A stretch of 38,307 nt of DNA from a virus (Duplodnaviria; Heunggongvirae; Uroviricota; Caudoviricetes), in IMG/VR virus record IMGVR_UViG_2657245439_000017. One strand, given 5' to 3'. Under the pieces are notes generated by a model. It was not told the origin of the DNA, searched no databases, and worked only from the letters and a program-made list of their open reading frames with translations. Shown here one piece after another: positions 7,766 to 17,291 of this stretch. The position numbers were made by a program, and so were the translations under genes. Each line of letters starts with the position of its first letter. Within the stretch, counting starts at the first letter, position 1.

Positions 7766-10716
7766 CAGCGGTACTCCTTACGTTGTTTCTGAGCCAGCAG
7801 ACGCTCCAGCATTTTTTCCAGCTCATGCAGACTCATATTCAGGGCACCAGTCAGTCCTGCAGGCGCTGTGGTTTCCCTGCCATTGAGGAAAAACTGAGGA
7901 TTAAAGCTGACCTGGATACCACCAGACGTTCCACCGCCGGTTGCAGCTGCACCACGGCCTGAATATCCGGCAGCCAGGATTTCAGGCGAGGGGATACGGG
8001 GAACATCCGGTGTCATCTCATTTGCCAGACGTTGCCCTGGTAAAATCGATGCCCGGGTGGAGAGCGGAATAGCGGGCATGGAAGACAAACTATTGATTAC
8101 GGCTCCGATCGCATTTTTAGCAGACGACATAAACCCATTGATATCGGGCAACGGCATACTGAAGCGAACACCTGAAGTGTTATCCCGTATTTCTGGCCCC
8201 TGGATGCTCACGGGCATTCTGGGGAGCAGTTCACTGGCCATTCGCTGCCCGGCCAGAGCTGCAAGCGGAGTGGTCCGCTGCAGGCCAATGGCGGCCCCCT
8301 GCGCGATATTGTCACCAAAGCCCATAAACACGCGGCTCGGCGAATGAATGCCCAGCTTTTCGCTGAACCAGCCACTGATGCTGTCACCCATTCCGGTTAC
8401 ACTGGATTTGAGCGACTCCCATTTGTTTTTGATACCGTTAATCAGACCATCGACAAGATGGCCACCGAAGTCGGTAAACTTTGCCGGCAGATCAACACCA
8501 AGATATTTCAGCGCAGCTGCAAAGGCTTTATAGAGCAGACCTGCCGGCGACCAGTTAATCAGCAGCTTACCAGTTCCCGCGATACCGCCGTTAAAGGCTT
8601 CCTGAATGTCAGCCCAGCACTGTTTAAACCAGCTACTGATGCTGTCACCCATTCCGGTTACACTGGATTTGAGCGACCCCCATTTGTTTTTGATACCGTT
8701 AATCAGACCGTCGATAAGATGGCCACCGAAGTCGGTGAACTTTGCCGGCAGAGCAACGCCGAAATATTTCAGCGCAGCCGCAAAGGCTTTATAGAGCAGG
8801 CCTGCCGGCGACCAGTTAATCAGCAACTTACCAGTTCCCACAATGCCGCCGTTAAAGGCTTCCTGAATGTCTGCCCAGCGCTGTTTAAACCAGCCACTGA
8901 CTGCCCCCCAGTTGCGGTAGATAAGGTAAGCTGCTGCCGCGACAGCGGTGATAACGAGACCGATGGGATTCATCATCAGCGCACGTCCAATCCAGAGAAC
9001 AGCACGTCCGGCGAGCATAATTCCGCGAACCAGCCCCCCGGAGAGCACGCCACTCAGTGTTCTGGCTCCTCTGGCGACGGCGCTAAATCCGGTCACCAGC
9101 CAGCGGAGCTTACCGCCTTGCCCCAGTGCGAGCGACAGACGAAGCCAGTTGGCCCGAAGTAAAACAGCATTTTTCCAGACACTTACAAAGGGGGAAATAA
9201 GGAGATTCAGCCCCAGTTTGAGACCAACAGTCGCTATCTTAATCGCAAGGAGCGCACTGATGAGCTTAAAAGCCCCACTGACAAATTGCGGGTGAGTCGC
9301 TACCCAGTGTTTTGCCCCCTGAATGAGTGGAAGCAGTTCCTGAGTCAAAGAAATAAAAGATGGAGCTAATTGATCGCCCAGCGTAATTGCCAGATCGCGA
9401 CTGCTGACCATAAGTGTTTTAGTGGCTTCAAGGGGAGATTTCAGCCGCTGATCATAAGCACTGGCAAGCAAATCGTTATCCGCAGCCCTGAGAGCACCGG
9501 CACGGATCTCTCGATATCTGTCCATGTTGGCCAGCATCGGGCGGATAAATGCCATGACCTGCATATCCGCGAACATATCGCCCAGACCAAAGTTTTTCGC
9601 CAGAGCCTGAAGTGCCTCATCTCTTGCCGTATCATTCTTTATTTTCATGGCTGATTTGAAGCCGGCCAGCGCTTCGGGGCTTTTGGCATTGAGGTAACGT
9701 TCTATAACACTCAACATCCCTTCAATCGGAGAGATCCCCGCAGCTTTATAACTCGCAATAGATCCCTGCAAATCAATACCCAGATCAGCAAACTGTTTCT
9801 GAGTATCGCGGGCAAAAATTTTGGTAAGAAAGTTTTTAAAATTATTGGCTGCTTCGTCGGTGGAACCTGCACCGATTTTTGCTATCTGGAGACTGGCCCC
9901 GATTTCAGCAACAGCCTCTTTTCCACTGGCAATACCCGCCATCATTGGGGCCAGGGACTGCATCCACTTGACCTGATCCGGGATTTCAAATGACCCCTGG
10001 TCACCGGCATAAGCCATAATATTCTGAACGGCACCAAAATCTCTGGCCGCACCTTTCAGGGAGTTTTGCCAGACTGCGGCCACTTTTGCCCAGTCCTGAG
10101 CAGACGTGCGTGTTGCCGTTGCCGCGCGGGCAATATCCGGCATCAGAAAACCGATATCTGACACATTATCAATATTGTCGCTGATGAGTGAACCCACCGC
10201 CTCCTGCAGCTCATCCTGATACTGATTGTATTTAAGCGCCCAGCCTTTTATCTGTCCGGCAAGTCCATCCCGCGTTTTATTGTCATATTTTGCGGTGATC
10301 GACATATCAATCATTTTGTCCTGAAAAGACATGGACTGCTGAACGGCAGGGGAAACCGTATGATAAACAGTCTGTGCCATGCCATACGCTTCAATCCCCT
10401 GACCATACAGCGCCATGCGGTTAGCTTTCAGCGCATCACTGGTAGCGGATGCCGCTGACAGACGGCGCTGCTGGCGCTCAATTTGCTCCATGGTGCGGCT
10501 TACCCGCAGCAGCTCGCTGTTGAGATGCTGCATCCGGGAAGAACCCAGTTGACCATAACGTTCTGTTGCACGGGTTAAAGCGTTCTGACGTTCCTGCAGG
10601 CGGCGTGAGGTATCGCTCAGGGAATCAAGCGCACGGCGGGTACCGCTCATTGCAGAACGGAATGTGCTGCCAATCATCCCGCCGATAACAACGCCGACTG
10701 AAAACTGTCCCGACAT
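7765..10716 (-). CDS. Tail tape measure protein
   Basis: 983 aa, largest gene in tail operon, downstream of chaperone pair; GGAGG RBS before ATG at 10716; hydrophobic segments and internal repeats. Confidence 0.85.
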   Translation of the reverse strand: MSGQFSVGVVIGGMIGSTFRSAMSGTRRALDSLSDTSRRLQERQNALTRATERYGQLGSSRMQHLNSELLRVSRTMEQIERQQRRLSAASATSDALKANRMALYGQGIEAYGMAQTVYHTVSPAVQQSMSFQDKMIDMSITAKYDNKTRDGLAGQIKGWALKYNQYQDELQEAVGSLISDNIDNVSDIGFLMPDIARAATATRTSAQDWAKVAAVWQNSLKGAARDFGAVQNIMAYAGDQGSFEIPDQVKWMQSLAPMMAGIASGKEAVAEIGASLQIAKIGAGSTDEAANNFKNFLTKIFARDTQKQFADLGIDLQGSIASYKAAGISPIEGMLSVIERYLNAKSPEALAGFKSAMKIKNDTARDEALQALAKNFGLGDMFADMQVMAFIRPMLANMDRYREIRAGALRAADNDLLASAYDQRLKSPLEATKTLMVSSRDLAITLGDQLAPSFISLTQELLPLIQGAKHWVATHPQFVSGAFKLISALLAIKIATVGLKLGLNLLISPFVSVWKNAVLLRANWLRLSLALGQGGKLRWLVTGFSAVARGARTLSGVLSGGLVRGIMLAGRAVLWIGRALMMNPIGLVITAVAAAAYLIYRNWGAVSGWFKQRWADIQEAFNGGIVGTGKLLINWSPAGLLYKAFAAALKYFGVALPAKFTDFGGHLIDGLINGIKNKWGSLKSSVTGMGDSISSWFKQCWADIQEAFNGGIAGTGKLLINWSPAGLLYKAFAAALKYLGVDLPAKFTDFGGHLVDGLINGIKNKWESLKSSVTGMGDSISGWFSEKLGIHSPSRVFMGFGDNIAQGAAIGLQRTTPLAALAGQRMASELLPRMPVSIQGPEIRDNTSGVRFSMPLPDINGFMSSAKNAIGAVINSLSSMPAIPLSTRASILPGQRLANEMTPDVPRIPSPEILAAGYSGRGAAATGGGTSGGIQVSFNPQFFLNGRETTAPAGLTGALNMSLHELEKMLERLLAQKQRKEYR
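8372..8893. repeat. Tandem duplication, 2 x 261 bp (87 codons), inside tape measure gene
   Basis: Near-identical DNA copies at 8372-8632 and 8633-8893; protein repeat WFKQ(R/C)WADIQEAFNGGI(V/A)GTGKLLINWSPAGLLYKAFAAALKY(F/L)GV. Confidence 0.75.
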
Positions 10717-10791
10717 AGTGGTTAACCTCCGGGGAAGGTGAAAAGACGTGAGGGGATAACGCAGAACAGCCGCTACTGGCGGCTGTCTGTA

Positions 10792-11049
10792 CTATGATTT
10801 GTCGCCGTACTCGCTTTTTATTTGCTCTTCAGCCTGCTCCAGCCACATCTCCAGATCGTCAGTATCGAGGGCATCAATCTCCCCCGGCTGAAACCGGAAC
10901 CATCTCGCCAGCAGCCCCTGCGCCTGCGTCAGCGCCCTGGTTGCTCTCACCCATCCCCGTGATGAGCTGAAATCGTTTCTGTAACTGCAGGTAATCAGCC
11001 AGATCCATATTGTCGAGATCTTCCGGGAGAAGACCAGTACTGCGGGCAA
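10792..11049 (-). CDS. Putative frameshift extension ORF of tail chaperone (only the 3' part is likely translated, as a fusion)
   Basis: Overlaps 3' end of 10874-11209 ORF in the +1 (equivalently -2) frame and extends ~27 codons beyond its stop; no independent RBS. Confidence 0.4.
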   Translation of the reverse strand: MPAVLVFSRKISTIWIWLITCSYRNDFSSSRGWVRATRALTQAQGLLARWFRFQPGEIDALDTDDLEMWLEQAEEQIKSEYGDKS

Positions 11050-11209
11050 TCAGCGGTTCGTCCCAGTCTGCCGGGTTTTTGCTGATTTTGCGCACCTGCT
11101 TCAGGTCTTTTACCGTCAGGCGTTTCAGTTCAACCTGCTCAATTCTGGTGCCTGCAGCAGTGGTGAAGGGATAAGACAATTTAAAAGTATCGGATGGGGT
11201 CTGTGACAT
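10874..11209 (-). CDS. Tail assembly chaperone (G/E-like), upstream ORF of frameshift pair
   Basis: 111 aa; AGGAG RBS before ATG 11207-11209; sits between tube-side genes and tape measure as in lambda G/GT, P2 E/E'. Confidence 0.6.
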   Translation of the reverse strand: MSQTPSDTFKLSYPFTTAAGTRIEQVELKRLTVKDLKQVRKISKNPADWDEPLIARSTGLLPEDLDNMDLADYLQLQKRFQLITGMGESNQGADAGAGAAGEMVPVSAGGD

Positions 11210-11306
11210 GATTGTGCTCCTGTGTAAGTTCAGGGCAGTATGTCGGGAGAAGCGCGTGACGGATATTAAAGGAGATTAAGAAGAAGGGGCCGGAGCCCCT
11301 GTGATG

Positions 11307-11588
11307 TCAGCAAGTGCGAAACCCCTTGCAGTTACGCAGGAAAGCGATGAGAAGCGTCTTTCCCTCAGATTTGCCGGTGCCGGAGAACCAGTGGTCGGGA
11401 GGCTCCCATGCTTCAATCAAATCCGCCAGTTTGCGGGCCTTTGAACGTGTGCAGTCAATCGGGTCATTGGTTTTACGGGTATTAAAAAGGGTTTCCACCC
11501 CCGGAATATCAAGGAGGGTAAACCACGCACCATTTGACATGCCCAGTGCCGCACATCGTCTTCCTTTATCCGTCAGTTCAACACTCAT
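11307..11588 (-). CDS. Hypothetical protein (93 aa) between tail tube and chaperone
   Basis: ATG at 11586-11588 two bases after tube stop; followed by GC-rich hairpin GGGGC-CGGA-GCCCC at 11286-11299. Confidence 0.5.
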   Translation of the reverse strand: MSVELTDKGRRCAALGMSNGAWFTLLDIPGVETLFNTRKTNDPIDCTRSKARKLADLIEAWEPPDHWFSGTGKSEGKTLLIAFLRNCKGFRTC

Positions 11589-11590
11589 CG

Positions 11591-12112
11591 TCAGCCCCCG
11601 ATATTGATACGGTAGTCAGTCAGTTGATCAACACCGCCGACCCGGAAGATGTTGGCCAGATAGTCCAGTTGCAGCAGCTCTTCACCATCCAGTACCTGTC
11701 TGATATACGTGCAGGTGAAGCTACTGGAGAACTCGGCGTTCTCGTGCTGTTTGAACGTCCCCAGCGGGTTCTTCTTGAACATAATCGTCAGGAAGGTGAC
11801 CAGCGGGATTTCGTCAATCAGCCCCTGCGAGCTGTAGCGCTGGACGCTGGAACGACACTGCAGTGCCAGCGACCTGTACGGGTTCGCGGCAGACAGCATC
11901 GCATCGCGGTAAAAGCTGTTCCATTTGATTTCGCCTTCCAGTTTGTCAAAACCAGCCGGGAGTTCCACCTTACCCACCATCCCCAGCGCCTTGTGTTCCT
12001 GCATAATCATGGAGACATCGGGGAGTTTAACTTCCTCAGCCCGTCCCAGCAGGTTAGTACCATCCAGATAGATGTTGGCATTCGTGATGCGGTTTATCTC
12101 AATCTTTGACAT
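11591..12112 (-). CDS. Tail tube protein (P2 FII / Mu M-like)
   Basis: 173 aa; immediately downstream of sheath gene with overlapping start/stop. Confidence 0.8.
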   Translation of the reverse strand: MSKIEINRITNANIYLDGTNLLGRAEEVKLPDVSMIMQEHKALGMVGKVELPAGFDKLEGEIKWNSFYRDAMLSAANPYRSLALQCRSSVQRYSSQGLIDEIPLVTFLTIMFKKNPLGTFKQHENAEFSSSFTCTYIRQVLDGEELLQLDYLANIFRVGGVDQLTDYRINIGG

Positions 12113-13539
12113 CAGTTGCCCCCTTTCAGGGTTAACAGGTATTCCGAGGTGATCTCAGTCTCAAACGTCAGTCGCTCCAGCGGCGGTGGTGGCGTATATT
12201 TGTAGCTCAGCAACAGGTGCCCGGCGGCCAGCTCCGTCTCCGGATTGCGGGCCGGATCAAACCAGCAACGGAAGCCCAGTACCGCACCATCACCAGTCAT
12301 TTTGCGACCGTAGGCGTTGACCGACTCCGTCAGTGCATCAATCAGCGCCTGAGTAATCGGCATGTCGATGTACTGCTGGCTGAAATAACGAATGGACTCG
12401 TTGATCACATCACCGGTGCGGCGAACGTTCTCAAAGTTACGCATATGGGTGACCGTTGGCCATGCTGCCGTCCGGTTACCCCACAGACGAAGGCCGCTGC
12501 CGTAACTGCTGAATACCGTGGTGATCCCCTGTTCGTTAAGCAGGTTTACCTCACTCTGCGGGTCATCAATCATCGCGGACAGCTGGCGCTCCACGCCGGT
12601 GATCCCCAGAATCTCCTGATTGGAGGATGACCACCAGTAGCCCTTGTCCAGATCGACTCTGGCACGCAGACCTGCTGCACGCTGGCTGAGCGGCTCCAGA
12701 CGCTCTGTGTTTGTCACCGGGTCATATACCTTCACATGCGGATAGCACAGACGGACGCGGTCGGAGCTGGTATTGAAGTTGATGGTGCCTTCCGGGCCAC
12801 GACCTGCCAGAGCCTGTGCAAAGGTGGTACCGACAGGCGCATCAATGTAGGTTACCGCGCCCAGCTTCTCTGCCATGGCGATAAGCTCAACTGCGACACT
12901 CTTCTGGGTGCAGAACACCGGCGCAATCAGAATTTTGGCGAAATAGCCGTACAGGTTGAAGCTGTCGTTAAGCAGCTTCATGCCGGTTCGGTTTCCGGCG
13001 CTGTTCACCCCGCCGATGATGTCCGCCGCAGTCACCTTCGACGGGTCCGCGTACTCATAGCTCACCTTCACGCTGCCACCGGCCTCAATAGCCTTGCCCA
13101 GGTTCGTGAGCACACCCGCCTGCGCATCAACACGGTAGTCCGTGTTCGCCGTGTGGGTGGTGCTGCCTTCACTGTTTTTCACCACCACATTAGCGACAAC
13201 CGGATGCGCCAGTCTGGCCTGCCCTGTCGATTTGTCAAAGGTAACCACCTCATCCTCGATCGCCGTTTTATGTTTCGCCGGGTCGAGGACGTTAATGACC
13301 AGAACGGTGCCTGCACCATGGTCATAAATCGCATCCAGCGCCTGCGGAATGGTAAAGCCGGTGAACTGGCTGCCAAATGCCGCTGCGTCTTTCTCAGACA
13401 GGCACTGTACCAGCGTATTGACATCCCCCATCGGGGCGGTACCAATCAGGCCAATAACGGCAGATTTCACCGTTTTAACCGGGCGGGCTCCGTTTTCCAC
13501 CTCAATGGTTTCGGGACCATGCAGATAGTTAGCTGCCAT
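12112..13539 (-). CDS. Tail sheath protein (P2 FI / Mu L-like)
   Basis: 475 aa; GGAGG RBS before ATG at 13537-13539; sheath-tube gene pair. Confidence 0.85.
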   Translation of the reverse strand: MAANYLHGPETIEVENGARPVKTVKSAVIGLIGTAPMGDVNTLVQCLSEKDAAAFGSQFTGFTIPQALDAIYDHGAGTVLVINVLDPAKHKTAIEDEVVTFDKSTGQARLAHPVVANVVVKNSEGSTTHTANTDYRVDAQAGVLTNLGKAIEAGGSVKVSYEYADPSKVTAADIIGGVNSAGNRTGMKLLNDSFNLYGYFAKILIAPVFCTQKSVAVELIAMAEKLGAVTYIDAPVGTTFAQALAGRGPEGTINFNTSSDRVRLCYPHVKVYDPVTNTERLEPLSQRAAGLRARVDLDKGYWWSSSNQEILGITGVERQLSAMIDDPQSEVNLLNEQGITTVFSSYGSGLRLWGNRTAAWPTVTHMRNFENVRRTGDVINESIRYFSQQYIDMPITQALIDALTESVNAYGRKMTGDGAVLGFRCWFDPARNPETELAAGHLLLSYKYTPPPPLERLTFETEITSEYLLTLKGGN

Positions 13540-13780
13540 GGGCGTCCTCCGTTTTCACTTCGCTGTCACTGCTGCTTCTGCGCTTTGGTGACTGCACAGC
13601 CGGTGTGACGGCGGGTTTAGTATCTTCTGGTACCGGCGTCAGATGCTTCAGCGCCACCAGTACCTTCACGTAGTCATGCTCCTCCGGCAGGGAAACCGCC
13701 TTCCCCGGCCAGAGCAGGATTTCGGTTCCGTCCGACAGCGTGACGCCGCTGGCCGGGCCGGAATAGCGGTATGCTTTCAT
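13529..13780 (-). CDS. Small head-tail joining/tail completion protein (hypothetical)
   Basis: 83 aa from ATG 13778-13780 overlapping upstream stop; position equivalent to Mu gp38. Confidence 0.45.
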   Translation of the reverse strand: MKAYRYSGPASGVTLSDGTEILLWPGKAVSLPEEHDYVKVLVALKHLTPVPEDTKPAVTPAVQSPKRRSSSDSEVKTEDAHGS

Positions 13781-14244
13781 CACTCGCTTTCCTCATAGTT
13801 CACTTCGGTTAACAGCGGGCCGGACGGTAAATCGCTGTCTTCGATAAAGATGCTTTCAGTCGCGAAGTCGAGGGCGTATTGCCACAGCCCCCTGACTTCA
13901 CCGATAAACACCTCGCGGGTCAGCCAGATACGGCGGCGGCAGCCGGGCGGGGTGTGGCCACCGAGAATGCGGCGGACAGCATCCAGGACATTAATCGCCC
14001 CTTTTTTACCGTTGAGCTGGCGGAAGACCACCGTGACGCAGAGCTGGATAGTCTGAGACTGGATCACCGCACCGGTATCATCCGGCCTGTCAAAGCGCGA
14101 ACCGGCATAGCTCAGCAGCAACGCGCCAACCGGATGGTTCAGGCGATATTCAGCCGGTTTCTCCGGGAAGTACTCCACCTGCAGTTGCGGCAGCTTCTCG
14201 CGTAACCGGGCCAGTACCGCATCAAGGACGGGCAGAACGTTCAT
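13780..14244 (-). CDS. Head-tail connector/neck protein (Mu gp37-like)
   Basis: 154 aa; conserved position between capsid-side genes and sheath. Confidence 0.55.
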   Translation of the reverse strand: MNVLPVLDAVLARLREKLPQLQVEYFPEKPAEYRLNHPVGALLLSYAGSRFDRPDDTGAVIQSQTIQLCVTVVFRQLNGKKGAINVLDAVRRILGGHTPPGCRRRIWLTREVFIGEVRGLWQYALDFATESIFIEDSDLPSGPLLTEVNYEESE

Positions 14245-14690
14245 CAGTATTTCTCCAGTAAACCGTCACGACCGCCGAAAGTGGCCGGGCGACTGCGTAC
14301 ACGAAACTCGCCAGGCTCAGGCACATCTTTCTGAGTGGACGGCAGCCCCAGCGTGAGCCTGTTATCACGTAACTCCCTGAGTTGCCGCAGCGCTTCTTTG
14401 TGGTCATCCTTCACCGTATCCGGGAGGTCACCTTCCGGGCGGCGGGCGTAGAGCCGGTAACGGACCAGCGTGATGGCAATGTCCCGCAGAACAGTCGGTA
14501 TCTCTGCCAGTGGCAGGATATAGCGTCCGCGCAGATGGGCATCAATCAGCTCGTCGGCATAGCGGATACAGCTGTCCACCACACGGGTATTCACTGTTGC
14601 AGGCGAGTCGAAGTCCATCTCTTCACTGGTGAGCTCGATAAGCGTCCGCTCCGGCACCTGCGCAAGCAAATCCTCCAGGGTGCAGTACAT
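14244..14690 (-). CDS. Head completion protein (Mu gp36-like)
   Basis: 148 aa from ATG at 14688-14690 (track ORF extends further upstream via non-ATG start); overlapping stop/start with neighbours. Confidence 0.55.
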   Translation of the reverse strand: MYCTLEDLLAQVPERTLIELTSEEMDFDSPATVNTRVVDSCIRYADELIDAHLRGRYILPLAEIPTVLRDIAITLVRYRLYARRPEGDLPDTVKDDHKEALRQLRELRDNRLTLGLPSTQKDVPEPGEFRVRSRPATFGGRDGLLEKY

Positions 14691-14691
14691 G

Positions 14692-15030
14692 TCACACCCC
14701 GCGCAGGATACGAATGACGTCGCCTTCACCCCCGGCTTCATCAAGTGCAATACCACAGGATTTACCGTCGCCGGACTGCGGCACGGCTCTGGCCTGAGCA
14801 TCTGACTGAACAGCCACACCACGGCTGACAGCGGCCCCGGCCTCGACAGCAATAATGCCCAGAACGCTCACCGGCGTGCTGTCGCCGGTAACAGCATCCA
14901 CTTCGGCAACCCCGAGCGCTGCGGCACCGGCTTTACAGGGGGTATTATCTGCCCCGACAAAACGCTGCTGTGCCAGTGCTGCCCCTGCCGTTACGGTTGT
15001 GATCAGAATGACCTGCTGAGTGGTTCCCAT
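14692..15030 (-). CDS. Small head protein downstream of major capsid (Mu gp35-like position), Gly/Ala/Val-rich
   Basis: 112 aa; AGGAGG RBS before ATG at 15028-15030. Confidence 0.5.
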   Translation of the reverse strand: MGTTQQVILITTVTAGAALAQQRFVGADNTPCKAGAAALGVAEVDAVTGDSTPVSVLGIIAVEAGAAVSRGVAVQSDAQARAVPQSGDGKSCGIALDEAGGEGDVIRILRGV

Positions 15031-15039
15031 AACGCCTCC

Positions 15040-15993
15040 TTATTTACTGATACCGGTAATGAGATACCCGGCATCGCCACCAACCACGGCGACTTTGTAG
15101 ATATCGGTATAACGGCAGTACTTCACCTTGCCACCGGCTCCGTCGTATTTGTCGGCAACAGGCATCCCCTTACGACGCAGGGTGTAGCCGAAGGACGGCT
15201 CGTTCTCGTCCGCGCTGTCCGCCCCCGGCTGCGGTTTGCCGACATAGTGCAGCATCAGATTGTCTCCCCAGATATCCGCCGGCACGCTGTTCTTATCCAT
15301 TGCCGCTTTCATGGACGGCAGGGAGACTGGGGCACCGATGACGATCTCTTCGATCTGAAAGAGGTCCTGCAGGATTTCTGTGGTGATGCGCTTGCGTTCG
15401 TTGGCTCCGATGGCGGCCTGAATCGCCGGGTGGAACTTCAGCAGCGCCATCACGCCGGCCCCCATGGTCATCAGGTTAGGACGCAGCCCCGTGGCCGTAC
15501 GGACCGCTTCCATACCGGCTTCAATCACCCCGATGGGGTCCCCCTTACCACCGGCCCAGCGATCACTGGCTGTCAGTTTTTTGACGTGCCCGGTACGGTA
15601 GACCTTTTCATCCTGAGCCAGACGGGCAGCGATAAGTTCACGGCGCAGGTTCACGCCATTCGTGGCGCGACGGATGGCCTTGCTCTCTTCGTTAAACATG
15701 GACTCCGCCTGCTCGCGATAGTCCACCGGCGCAGCCAGATCGTGTTCACCCAGCACCAGGTCCAGCGTGCCTGTTTTTTCACGGACCAGAACATTGCTGT
15801 CCGCCCCGACGGCACGCTCGGTGTCATATTCCACAAAGGCGGTTTTCCCGAAGGTCGGTACACGCACGCCTTCCTTGTCCGTCAGCACGACGGGGAAAAT
15901 ACGTTCGCCGATGAATGCGGCATTTTTATAGCCACGGGCGATACTGGTCAGTACCGGATCAACGACACGTTTACCTTTTAAGTAATCAGACAT
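15040..15993 (-). CDS. Major capsid protein (Mu T-like)
   Basis: 317 aa; AGGAGAG RBS; follows protease/scaffold gene as in Mu-like heads. Confidence 0.8.
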   Translation of the reverse strand: MSDYLKGKRVVDPVLTSIARGYKNAAFIGERIFPVVLTDKEGVRVPTFGKTAFVEYDTERAVGADSNVLVREKTGTLDLVLGEHDLAAPVDYREQAESMFNEESKAIRRATNGVNLRRELIAARLAQDEKVYRTGHVKKLTASDRWAGGKGDPIGVIEAGMEAVRTATGLRPNLMTMGAGVMALLKFHPAIQAAIGANERKRITTEILQDLFQIEEIVIGAPVSLPSMKAAMDKNSVPADIWGDNLMLHYVGKPQPGADSADENEPSFGYTLRRKGMPVADKYDGAGGKVKYCRYTDIYKVAVVGGDAGYLITGISK

Positions 15994-16007
15994 GCTCTCT
16001 CCTTAAA

Positions 16008-17123
16008 TTACAGGCAGCGTGCGACAGCAGCCTCATAGCTGATGCCTTCTTTTTTGGACAGGGCCACTGCTTTCTGATGCAGGGCCAGACGCTCAGGATC
16101 GGCTTCCGCAAACTCTGCCACATCCACCTTCACCGTGTCGCCGACACGCTCTTTTGTGGCCTGTTCGGCGAAATTCATCACCGGCTCCCCGTCGGAGAGC
16201 AATGAACGAAAGGCGGTGGCCAGCGGTGTGCGGCTTTCCCCCTCAGCAAACTCCACCGGCTTGTCGCCACCGGCGACGGCATCCAGCAGGGCAACCACCA
16301 CGGAGGAGGCGCGGGGAGCCAGACGGCCCTCTGCGACCAGTTTTTCTGCAAAGGCCACATTGTCCTTATGCAGTTGCTCCTGTCTGACCTGTGCATCACG
16401 CGCATCGCGATCAGCAGCCTGCTGCTTCAGGCGGCGGTTCTCCTCCTGAAGGGCTTCAATCTCTTCTTTTGTCATCGATGATTCCTCGTTACTTGCGGAA
16501 GACGGCACCTGGCCTGTCTCACTGAATTGCGCACCTGCTGCATCCTGCGACGGTGTGTCGCGGTACGCCTCTTCGCGCAGATTGTTGAGCTGCCATTCCG
16601 GCAGGACTTTTTCTGCTTCGTCCAGACTGAAGCGGGCGATCAGAAAATCGCGCAGCTTTCCCCACAGGGAGGCATTCGTGATGGCCTGCCAGTCGGCGAA
16701 CTCCACCACACCTTCTTCCTGCTCACTGAAGGACACCTGTTTCAGCCCCTTGACGGAAGGTGGCTGTGCCCCGAGAAAGCCCACATGGCGCAGGTAGAGC
16801 ACGCCGGGCTTCGGATTGGACGGTGAATCCGGGAGGTAGAAAGAGGCGGACACTTTTTTGAATCGTCCGTCGGTGACCATCTCAGCAAACTGCGGGTCCA
16901 GCTGGGCAGGCTCTGCCATCAGATCGACGCCGCTGAGCGACAGGGCTTTCACCCAGCCCCACGCCGGGTCTTCCGTTCTGGGATGACCAATCACGAGTGG
17001 TGCTTCATGGACGGACGGGTCATAGGCTTTCACGCAGGCGGCAAGATCGTCTGGCGTGAACGGCAGTTTTTTGCCGTGCATATCGGTATGAGTACCGGCT
17101 TTAAAAATGTGAATGGCTGACAT
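16008..17123 (-). CDS. Head maturation protease/scaffold (Mu I-like)
   Basis: 371 aa; acidic, coiled-coil-rich C-terminal half (EEIEALQEENRRLKQQAADRDARDAQ) typical of Mu I scaffold; directly upstream of capsid gene. Confidence 0.8.
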   Translation of the reverse strand: MSAIHIFKAGTHTDMHGKKLPFTPDDLAACVKAYDPSVHEAPLVIGHPRTEDPAWGWVKALSLSGVDLMAEPAQLDPQFAEMVTDGRFKKVSASFYLPDSPSNPKPGVLYLRHVGFLGAQPPSVKGLKQVSFSEQEEGVVEFADWQAITNASLWGKLRDFLIARFSLDEAEKVLPEWQLNNLREEAYRDTPSQDAAGAQFSETGQVPSSASNEESSMTKEEIEALQEENRRLKQQAADRDARDAQVRQEQLHKDNVAFAEKLVAEGRLAPRASSVVVALLDAVAGGDKPVEFAEGESRTPLATAFRSLLSDGEPVMNFAEQATKERVGDTVKVDVAEFAEADPERLALHQKAVALSKKEGISYEAAVARCL

Positions 17124-17259
17124 TTTGCTGTCCCGCGTTATGTTGTCGGAGACAGTTTGTGAGAAATGCAGGCCCGGTGATTTTAATCTGCTTTAGAAAA
17201 CATCAGGGGAGAAGGACAGGGAAAGCAATGCGGTGAACCGGAAGCGGTTATAAAACAGA

Positions 17260-17291
17260 GGCTGTAAAGCCTTTATAAAGGTAATACAGCC
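17260..17291 (-). terminator. Candidate intrinsic terminator/attenuator hairpin between Mu G-like and protease/scaffold genes
   Basis: GGCTGTA ... CCTTTATAAAGG (perfect 12-bp palindrome) ... TACAGCC, followed on the minus strand by CTCTGTTTTAT. Confidence 0.35.

Noticed and set aside
8344-9162. 272-aa plus-strand ORF inside the tape measure gene (also 8057-8347, 8948-9295)
   Set aside because: Antisense shadow ORFs within a long, clearly coding minus-strand gene; no RBS, repeat-derived composition
12736-13608. 290-aa plus-strand ORF antisense to the tail sheath gene (similar cases 15247-15981, 11534-12109, 6088-6642)
   Set aside because: Shadow ORFs opposite confidently assigned structural genes
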